A program made the translations under genes and the position numbers. This document shows positions 28,929-36,854 of a stretch of 64,000 nt of DNA, piece after piece. Location of the stretch: positions 64,001 to 128,000 of the forward strand of contig JARVGK010000002.1 of the NCBI GenBank assembly GCA_029762535.1, given 5' to 3'. Position 1 is the stretch's first letter; each line of letters opens with the position of its first letter. The notes under the pieces are model-generated. The model was not told where the DNA came from and ran no database searches. It worked only from the letters and a program-made list of their open reading frames with translations. Origin of the DNA: Thermoplasmatota archaeon. GTDB taxonomy: Archaea; Thermoplasmatota; Penumbrarchaeia; Penumbrarchaeales; Penumbrarchaeaceae.

Positions 28929-31405
28929 TTCTTTTCCTCCTTATTATTCGAAATTAAATTCCAGTTTACGCTTCCACAATTACATCTTACGCCACTTTGT
29001 TTCATTCCATCTGCTGTAATTTTCAATATACCACCACAACTATGACATGAAAAGAGATAATATAAATCTTGAAATGCCTCTTTTATAGGTCGAAAGTCTT
29101 TATCACTAAAGTTTATCCAATTATTAAAATGAACGTTTGCATTAATTCCCCATTGTTCAGCATATGTGCGTTTATAAATGCTAGAACGCATTGAATCTAA
29201 TTCTTCAAATTTTGCCGTCTTTTCTGATTTTTCCCAGGAAACTGATGATTTTTTAGCCTTTTTAATTAAGTCCTTATATCCATCCATTAATGGTATTGTA
29301 AAATCACCAAGATCTAGCTGGCCGTTTAATTTGTATCGTACTCGTATCTGTAATGAATCACACACTAGCCCAAAATACTCTTCCAAACCGCGTCTTAATC
29401 TCGAAGCAGCAGAAGGAACATCGTTTCTTGTCAAATCTTCTTCAATTTTACTCCAGAGGTCTGCTTGAAGATTTACTTGAGGCCCTGTATCAACTTTCCA
29501 ATTATAGAATTCAACCATGCAACTCTTATTATCAACAACTCCTTCACTTCTCATTTGATTAGCCCATGTCTTATCATGGGTTGTGATTAAAAATTGTCTG
29601 TTTGGGAAATTTGATGCAAGCACGCGACAAATATCTCGCCTATGATTCGAATCCACAGACATTATTACATCATCTAAGATAATGAGGTCAATAAGACCTT
29701 CTGCCAAACGTTCAGATAGAGCCAAATATAAACAAAGCCCCATACTATCTTGATGACCTTCACTGTGGAGGGCTTGTGGAGAAAAAGCCCCTCGGCCATA
29801 AAAATCAACTTCAAATTTTAATGCCGCCCCATCTGGTGAAATAGTCGCGGAAAAATCTTTTTCGTCTGAACCATGTAATTCTTTATATAATTGCACAAAG
29901 CGATCATTTACATCTTTGTAAAGATTTCCCAATATAGTATCTCTGGAATATTCAAATGTATTTAACAATATCTCTGCTTTTTTATATGAGATACTTGCGT
30001 TTTTAAAATCATTTTTTGCTTTTTCAAGACCTTTTAAATTTTCTTCAAGGCGTGTTAATGTATCCCACGCAGTTTGTTCAGGGGTTATCGGTGGCGCTTT
30101 GGTTTTAACAATTTCTATTAGAGTTTGAAGATTTTGTTTAATTTCCTCAGAAATAAGCATGTGTTTTACTCTGTCGCTATCAAATTCGATCAATGGATAT
30201 TTTTCGAGTGGATTAGCTAATGCTATGGATAACTGATTCAAATCTGACGAACATGTTTTCAATTGGATGCTCCATTCCTTTTCCTCAATTTTATTTAATA
30301 CCTCAATTATTTTATTTATGCTTCCTCTTGTATTGTTCACACGCTTTGATATGGAATCGGACAAAGATGTAATTCTGTTTCTTTGTTGTGATATTTCTTC
30401 AATATCAGTCAATTTTGAGGTAAGATATTCATCTAATTTACCGCTTGGCCACTGTGTATCACACAATGGGCAGTTACCCGTGTCATCGATCATAGATTTT
30501 CCAAGTTCAATTAATTGAAATCGATTGTATGTTTTCAATAATTTCGGATTCGATTTTATAGAGTTTAGAAGATTTCTAAGTTCTTTATCAAATTCAATGA
30601 TTCCTTTTTGATTCTTTTCGTCAAAGGAATTATGAATATTTTGAATATCTTTTTCAAATATAGTAAGATTGACATGATTGTCGTTGATAATACTGGTAGG
30701 TGGCGTAAGGGCCTTTTTTAACGTATCTGAAGAAACCGAATTCAATTCATTACTTTTTAATGTTTTACGTAATTGATTTACGTAATCCAGTAGCATCTTT
30801 TCATTAAATGATGTTGTTTGAATTGTTGCGTTAACCTCACCTTTTTTCTCATCTATTGCTTCTTCTTTTGTCTGCTTTTCTCTTTTAAAAGTATTTTCAA
30901 TATTTACAAATGCTTTTCTTATTATTTCAATGTCTGATATATTTAATAATGCTTGAATCTCCTGGGCACGTGTACTACCATCAGAGGTAATATATTTTAA
31001 AATTTCTCGTCTTGTTAATACATGTTCTCCCCTCGATGCAAGGGATAAAATGGGTTCAAGATTAGGTAAATATTTTTCATCAGATACAACTAACTTAGTG
31101 GGTTGTGCCATATCTCTTTTTATTTCAATAGGAACATTAATTTTTGGAAATTGAATAACTGCACGTACAATAGCATCTTTTGGCTTGTGATCAATATGTG
31201 GGCCACATTCTTTCAATTTGATATTGCGAGTTCCCTCTCCCTTTAAACGAGAAATTCGACCTGTTAAGAGGAAATCAATGGCATCAACAACAGCACTTTT
31301 CCCTGAACCATTTGGCCCCCATATTACTATATTTTTTCCTTGGGGCGTTAGTTTTATATGGGTTATACCCCGCACATTTTCAATTTCAAGCTCAATCAGT
31401 TTCAA
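28925..31405 (-). CDS. Rad50/SMC-like ABC ATPase with zinc hook and possible C-terminal HEPN (RloC-like)
   Basis: GPNGSGKS, coiled coils, CPLC hook, HSEGHQ signature, ILDDV, ITTHD; C-terminal LRRGLEEYF...INANVH. Confidence 0.7.
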   Translation of the reverse strand: MKLIELEIENVRGITHIKLTPQGKNIVIWGPNGSGKSAVVDAIDFLLTGRISRLKGEGTRNIKLKECGPHIDHKPKDAIVRAVIQFPKINVPIEIKRDMAQPTKLVVSDEKYLPNLEPILSLASRGEHVLTRREILKYITSDGSTRAQEIQALLNISDIEIIRKAFVNIENTFKREKQTKEEAIDEKKGEVNATIQTTSFNEKMLLDYVNQLRKTLKSNELNSVSSDTLKKALTPPTSIINDNHVNLTIFEKDIQNIHNSFDEKNQKGIIEFDKELRNLLNSIKSNPKLLKTYNRFQLIELGKSMIDDTGNCPLCDTQWPSGKLDEYLTSKLTDIEEISQQRNRITSLSDSISKRVNNTRGSINKIIEVLNKIEEKEWSIQLKTCSSDLNQLSIALANPLEKYPLIEFDSDRVKHMLISEEIKQNLQTLIEIVKTKAPPITPEQTAWDTLTRLEENLKGLEKAKNDFKNASISYKKAEILLNTFEYSRDTILGNLYKDVNDRFVQLYKELHGSDEKDFSATISPDGAALKFEVDFYGRGAFSPQALHSEGHQDSMGLCLYLALSERLAEGLIDLIILDDVIMSVDSNHRRDICRVLASNFPNRQFLITTHDKTWANQMRSEGVVDNKSCMVEFYNWKVDTGPQVNLQADLWSKIEEDLTRNDVPSAASRLRRGLEEYFGLVCDSLQIRVRYKLNGQLDLGDFTIPLMDGYKDLIKKAKKSSVSWEKSEKTAKFEELDSMRSSIYKRTYAEQWGINANVHFNNWINFSDKDFRPIKEAFQDLYYLFSCHSCGGILKITADGMKQSGVRCNCGSVNWNLISNNKEEKK

Positions 31406-31595
31406 GTTCTTCCCTCGAAGTAGTTTTTAATACGCTGATAATTTTTTTAGTATCAGCTAATTGTCCTGTTGAATTAAGTTCACGAAGCTTATTGATGGTC
31501 ACCACATTAAATTCATCTTTATCATTGAGGTCTGAAAACATTTTATCAAGTATGTGGTCAATCAATGAAGATGTTTGTATTGTTTCGGGAGTCAT
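31392..31595 (-). CDS. Small hypothetical protein translationally coupled to the ATPase
   Basis: 67-aa ORF overlapping both neighbours, with a GGAGGT SD. Confidence 0.65.
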   Translation of the reverse strand: MTPETIQTSSLIDHILDKMFSDLNDKDEFNVVTINKLRELNSTGQLADTKKIISVLKTTSREELETD

Positions 31596-31732
31596 TTATT
31601 TACCTCCTTCATCTGTTCTTCCATCATAATTTCAAATTGTCGGGATATGAGCCACCCCTTCTTCTTACAGAATCCTTTGTATCGTTCGTAAAGGTCTTCA
31701 TCAACACTGAGGGTTACGTTCTTTGAAGGCAT
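31592..31732 (-). CDS. Small RHH/CopG-like protein (46 aa), cassette leader gene copy 3
   Basis: Manual translation MPSKNVTLSVDEDLYERYKGFCKKKGWLISRQFEIMMEEQMKEVNK; ATGA overlap; CTTATATA TATA box upstream. Confidence 0.85.
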   Translation of the reverse strand: MPSKNVTLSVDEDLYERYKGFCKKKGWLISRQFEIMMEEQMKEVNK

Positions 31733-31993
31733 GATAATCACATTCATCTCCAAATGTCAGCAAATGTATATAAGTATTCGCTTTTTCCGTTTCTATTCGT
31801 TGTTCGGAACACCCCCCACGTCCATAGAGTAAGAAAAAATTTGGGTATTCGCTTTGCGAATCCGTTTAACATCCGTTAGCCGAGAGTCTGGACTTGTCCA
31901 GATTTTGGTGGTTCTTTCCGTCTTGTTTCCGTTAAACGAAGGCAACAACGTCATGAATTTACGGTCTCCTTTTCATAGGCATGGTTTCAAATT

Positions 31994-32111
31994 GAAGATA
32001 ACGGAACGCGGGTATGCGAAGTGAATATGTTTCCAGTGCGGTTCCTCAGCAGAGTATTCATTTGGGAGAGCGAGTGCAACGAAGCGAACCGCATACCCGC
32101 GTGTTAAGTCC
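31994..32111. repeat. attC-like hairpin (most proximal)
   Basis: atAAC-gga-ACGCGGGTATGC-gaagt...atttggga...aacc-GCATACCCGCGT-GTTaag: perfect 12-bp stem with a 3-nt bulge next to the core. Confidence 0.9.
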
Positions 32112-32434
32112 TCCGAATGAAGTTATCCTACGGATAACGAAATGAGAATGCAATGAGATCGAGCACCGCAGACCGTTAGGTTGAGGAGCGGAGAAGTTGG
32201 CCAGCCAAGAACGTTGTTCGGGACACGGTGGATTTTTTACTACCAATCTACCCCACAAGGGTTATAGGTCGAGGGTGTCTTGCTTGTAAGTCGAGGGGTT
32301 TGAAATACTTGTCAAACCAAGATTTGACCATGGCGAGGTTTACTATCTTTTGGGTTATCGTTCTGACCATTATTATTTTAGAGTTGCAATATGATTTGTT
32401 CAAATTTTCTGATGAATTCGTAAGTAAAAGAGAT

Positions 32435-35400
32435 TCAATCCTCCTCCTTTATTGGTTTGATGGTTCGAAGGTTCAAAGAAAAAGATCGCCCCTCGATATT
32501 TTCTTCTGGGATATCATCATATCTCGTTATAATAACCTTATCATCAACTTTATCACTGAGGTTTTCCACATTCCATAACTCCCATCGATCCCCACCTTCT
32601 TCCTGACTTAAAAGGAATTCCACATATTCCCTAGAGGTTATGTTTACAATTTTGGAAGAACCTAAATGTGCCTTGACTTCGATCTTAATTTGTTCTCTAT
32701 CACGAATAGCAATGATATCATAGCCTGGATTCTGTTTGGGCATTTGTTCAACTTCGAATCCTTTTAATTCTAACTCTCTTTGAGCAAATGATCTTCCTTT
32801 AGTTTCTATCATCTCATTGTCCTCATATGATGTTCTGTTCCCAGATTTGCCACCACCACCGCCACCAGATGAACCCTTAGTTTCCTCATCAACTCTCTCC
32901 TCTGTATTAACTTCATATTCAGAGTCGTCATCCTTTAATTGAATACCTTCATCTTCCTCTGAATCTGGAGTTCTTTCTTCTCTATTTTGCTCATCAAGTA
33001 ATTTTTCCTTATTGTCTTCTTCACTTTTTGTCGGTTGTTTCGGCTTTTTAGGAAGCATACCAGGAAATGGCTTCTTCGATGGTGGAGTTGACTTTTGTTG
33101 ATCAGAGTCTTTGTGTTTTACATAGTCGTTATTGAATTCTAAAAAAGAGATATCGATCTGTTCATCTGATATTCCGCTGGAAGTCAATTTTTCTCGTCTT
33201 TCGTAATCATTATTACACCTTAAAAGATTTTCATAAGTGTCGGCTTCTCCTGGCACTCCTAAATAAAACGATATTGATCGAGATATTGTAGTTACACTTT
33301 GTTTATCTTCACTTATGAATATTGTTGAACCAACAATGTAAAAATCTCCGGATATTTCGGTTTCATACTTATCAAGTAGTATCAATTTTTTTCGAATTTC
33401 CTTTTTTACTTTAACTTTGATATTTTTAATTCTTTGAATCAATTTCTGATGATCTGATAGTTTATCCGATCTTATCACATATATGTATGAAAGACTGTCA
33501 ATTAGATTTTTCGCCAATTCCGGTTTCAATTGTTTCTCATCATCATTTGTCTCAATTATTTCTTCCTTCAATATATTCTTATCACTAATTTGACGTTTTC
33601 CAAAATACTTACTTACAAACTGGTGATATCTTCTAGATATATTGAAAAAATAAACATCATTATTAAAAGCATTTTTAATCTCCACATCATCATTAATGAA
33701 TATCTCTTTGCTACTTATAATTTGAAATATATTGCTTCTTTCACATAAAAGGGGACAATCATGAAGCAATAATTCAGGAAGTGCTACCATCAAACTATTT
33801 GTTGTATCTAAACATCTTTCGTAGATTTTCATTATTTTGAATCTTAATTCTCGATTATCATTTATATCTTCATCTGAAATGAATTTTATTAATAGGTTGG
33901 ATAATATTTCTTTCCATTCTTCAGGTTTTAATTCATCAATATTTGTTCTAATAATTTTCACTTTATTCTTTAACCAATGAAAAATATTATCCTTTGAACT
34001 CTCAAAAAGATTTAAATTGATAACTGGTAATAAATACCCTATTTCAAAATTATCTTTTTCATTTAATATCCAACATTCTTCCAATGGTTTAGGATCTAGA
34101 TAATGTGTAAGAGGAGGTATGAACTTTGTTTTTAAATCAAACCACCATGATGCATCTGAGTTTCCATAATATAATGCTCTGTTGTATGGTCGATAGTGTA
34201 CTCGAATATTCATATATTCTTCATAGTATTCCCAATTGTTTGCTATTAACTTTAATAAGGATATTTTAGATTTTTCAGGCAATTCGTCTAAATTTATTTT
34301 ATCAAATCTTTTATTATAACTGATTTTTTCAACATTATTATAATCTTCATTCACATGTATCGGAATTTCTTCTGTAGAAATTAATCGGGGAAATGTTTTA
34401 CACCCTAACCATCTTAAGATATCTTGATCAATTATTTTCTCTAAGCTATTGTTTTCTTTTTGTACCCATTGTATATCGTAATGATTGCGAAATAATGAGT
34501 TCAAATCACTATTGCCCCATTCTTTTCCCATATATCCAAATTTGGCTTTTATCCATATAACATCTTTTTTCCCCTTCCTTCTAGATGGAATTGGACAATT
34601 TCTAATTCCTACGGGTGCATTTTCTTCTTTCATCAACCATTTATTTTTATAGATATATCGATAATATATTGAGGGATTATCTTTTTGATTCTTGTTCCTA
34701 CTATCCCAATAATTCTCAATAGCTTTAATTAAAGCTTTTTCTGTAACATTTTCAATTCTCTCTACACCCAATGTTGCTAGGATTTTGTTGACTGAATGAT
34801 GGTTTTCCAATAACTTATCCCCAAACCATTCATCAACAAACACTATCGGCATCCATTTAGGTACGAGATTTTTCTTGTCTTGATCAGATTTCCAAGTGAT
34901 GATTTGACCCTTTGAATTGGCAATTGATATCAGATGATTACCAACAGGAAGTATTGGTAGACTTTTTATAATCTCAATTTTCTCCTCTTCATTGATTTCA
35001 TCTGAATCATGATTAGCCCAATTAGAGAGCCATTTCCAACAAGTCCAAATCCAATCAATATTTCCTGTATTTTTAGATGACTCTTCATTGATTACACTTA
35101 GTAACGTATTATCATCAATCAAACTGCAGTTCATGGATTTTAAAACGTTATATGAAACTTCATTCTCCTCATAACTGAAATGTAACAAGTTGTCACTAAT
35201 ATTTGATGTATTTAAAATTTTACGGGCGTTTGTCAAATCACATGTTGTTGATATAAGCTTTATATCAGAGAAATTTAATAATTTTTCTCCATTAATATTG
35301 CCGAATTTTAAAGTGTTCTTTGAATAATCAACAATCACATCCCAAAATAATTTGGTGATTTCATGACTGTTTCTCTCCTCAAATGGTGATAACAATGTAA

Positions 35401-36532
35401 TATTATTTGCTGGATCACCTTTTAAATATTGCTCATCCACAAATTCAACTAATGTATGAACGAGATTATCCATTATCCATTTATTTAGATTATTATTCTC
35501 TATCGGAAGAATTTCCGTTCTATCACTTTTTACAAAAAAATCCGCATGAAGAAGTATTGGAACTGGGGAGTAGTGTTTTGTCGGATAATACACATGGATT
35601 TTTGGGTAATCGGTCATAGATCTGATTTTACCATCAATGACATATGTACCAACCAGGAAATTAATTCCATCTTCGATAATTCTCGCATTATCTTCTTTAT
35701 CAAGGTTAGATAAGAAATAAGGTGGAATCATATCACCCGACATCGTTTTTCGTTTGATTTTCCATTTCGTTACATCTTCAACGCCATCAATGGTATCATT
35801 GATTACATTTTCCTTATCTATTGTTATTTTCCTTAAGGTTTTACTTGAACCAACAGCATCAATTATCTCCAACATTCTAATATGATGAAATGTTAGGAGA
35901 GTATAATTTTTCAATGAAATTTTATCAAATAATACTTCGTTATCAATTTCCTCAAGATAATTCAATTTAACTACAGTTGACCAATCCGATTGAGAGGTTA
36001 GATATTGATCATTCAAAGAAATATCATCCCAGGATATCGAAAAAGGGATCCATTGATATGGTACATCATCATCTGGAAAACCATTATTTTGTAACCATTG
36101 TTTCGCCTTTTCAAATGAGAATTCTACTCCCTCTCCTCCTATGCTAAATATTTGTGGATTATTTGAAATCTCATAAACAGCTTTGAATCCTAATCCCTTT
36201 CTTCCGATGGTCCCAGATTTTTTAATTGAATAATCCGTTCCACACAAAGATTCAATAGCATCTGGCTGTAATCCTACTCCCTTATCCAAGATATAGACCG
36301 ATTTATCGGTCAACAAAACCTTTACCTCTTTAGATTCTGCATCATCACAATTTTGGAATAATTCGTAAAACCATCGTCCAGTGTGGTCAGAAGTTACTCT
36401 TTCTGCACTTCTTGTGTCTCTGATGATTCGTTTGGGATCTCCTTTATATGTCCCTTGTAATTTTTGGTTGAATAAATCAATTGCCTTTTTAATAGGTTTC
36501 AATATACTATCACCATCGACATACACAATCAT
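32435..36532 (-). CDS. Sacsin/Nov-like GHKL ATPase with C-terminal DUF3883 (PD-(D/E)xK) domain; first cassette
   Basis: YELFQNCDDA, IGRKGLGFKAVY, LLHADFFVKSDR; C-terminal PGYDIIA...KIEVKA; visibly AT-rich. Confidence 0.8.
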   Translation of the reverse strand: MIVYVDGDSILKPIKKAIDLFNQKLQGTYKGDPKRIIRDTRSAERVTSDHTGRWFYELFQNCDDAESKEVKVLLTDKSVYILDKGVGLQPDAIESLCGTDYSIKKSGTIGRKGLGFKAVYEISNNPQIFSIGGEGVEFSFEKAKQWLQNNGFPDDDVPYQWIPFSISWDDISLNDQYLTSQSDWSTVVKLNYLEEIDNEVLFDKISLKNYTLLTFHHIRMLEIIDAVGSSKTLRKITIDKENVINDTIDGVEDVTKWKIKRKTMSGDMIPPYFLSNLDKEDNARIIEDGINFLVGTYVIDGKIRSMTDYPKIHVYYPTKHYSPVPILLHADFFVKSDRTEILPIENNNLNKWIMDNLVHTLVEFVDEQYLKGDPANNITLLSPFEERNSHEITKLFWDVIVDYSKNTLKFGNINGEKLLNFSDIKLISTTCDLTNARKILNTSNISDNLLHFSYEENEVSYNVLKSMNCSLIDDNTLLSVINEESSKNTGNIDWIWTCWKWLSNWANHDSDEINEEEKIEIIKSLPILPVGNHLISIANSKGQIITWKSDQDKKNLVPKWMPIVFVDEWFGDKLLENHHSVNKILATLGVERIENVTEKALIKAIENYWDSRNKNQKDNPSIYYRYIYKNKWLMKEENAPVGIRNCPIPSRRKGKKDVIWIKAKFGYMGKEWGNSDLNSLFRNHYDIQWVQKENNSLEKIIDQDILRWLGCKTFPRLISTEEIPIHVNEDYNNVEKISYNKRFDKINLDELPEKSKISLLKLIANNWEYYEEYMNIRVHYRPYNRALYYGNSDASWWFDLKTKFIPPLTHYLDPKPLEECWILNEKDNFEIGYLLPVINLNLFESSKDNIFHWLKNKVKIIRTNIDELKPEEWKEILSNLLIKFISDEDINDNRELRFKIMKIYERCLDTTNSLMVALPELLLHDCPLLCERSNIFQIISSKEIFINDDVEIKNAFNNDVYFFNISRRYHQFVSKYFGKRQISDKNILKEEIIETNDDEKQLKPELAKNLIDSLSYIYVIRSDKLSDHQKLIQRIKNIKVKVKKEIRKKLILLDKYETEISGDFYIVGSTIFISEDKQSVTTISRSISFYLGVPGEADTYENLLRCNNDYERREKLTSSGISDEQIDISFLEFNNDYVKHKDSDQQKSTPPSKKPFPGMLPKKPKQPTKSEEDNKEKLLDEQNREERTPDSEEDEGIQLKDDDSEYEVNTEERVDEETKGSSGGGGGGKSGNRTSYEDNEMIETKGRSFAQRELELKGFEVEQMPKQNPGYDIIAIRDREQIKIEVKAHLGSSKIVNITSREYVEFLLSQEEGGDRWELWNVENLSDKVDDKVIITRYDDIPEENIEGRSFSLNLRTIKPIKEED

Positions 36533-36716
36533 ACTTTAATCGTGGACCTTTGTTTATTTTTGCGGTCATAAACATCATTTTCCGAACTTGTTCTATGCTT
36601 TTACCATATTTATAAGCTTCTTTGCTTTCACCCAAGCTCCATGTTATTACACCCTCAACCTATTCTTTCCAAAAAATCCACCGTGTCTTTTTACCCCGAA
36701 GTCTGGCTGGCCAATT

Positions 36717-36742
36717 GGACTTAACTCCTATCATGCGATGTG
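36717..36742 (-). other. attI-like primary recombination site
   Basis: ggacttAAC (minus strand G|TTAAGTCC) complements the first cassette's own core at 32103-32111. It has no hairpin partner, keeps a catgcgatgt motif like the att left arms, and lies ~130 bp upstream of the integrase. Confidence 0.75.
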
Positions 36743-36854
36743 TTGGATCGGATACTTTCACTTTCACATGGTTATTGCGAAGATTTATTAACCCGGGATC
36801 CTCCTTTGGTTTCATGGGATCATACCCGGACATGGATAAGGAGATGGTGAATAT

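Noticed and set aside
24231-31993. Cassette-flanking inverted repeats as IS/transposon terminal repeats
   Set aside because: There is no transposase and no target-site duplication; the repeats are interrupted, differ for each cassette, and always sit just inside GTT/AAC cores.
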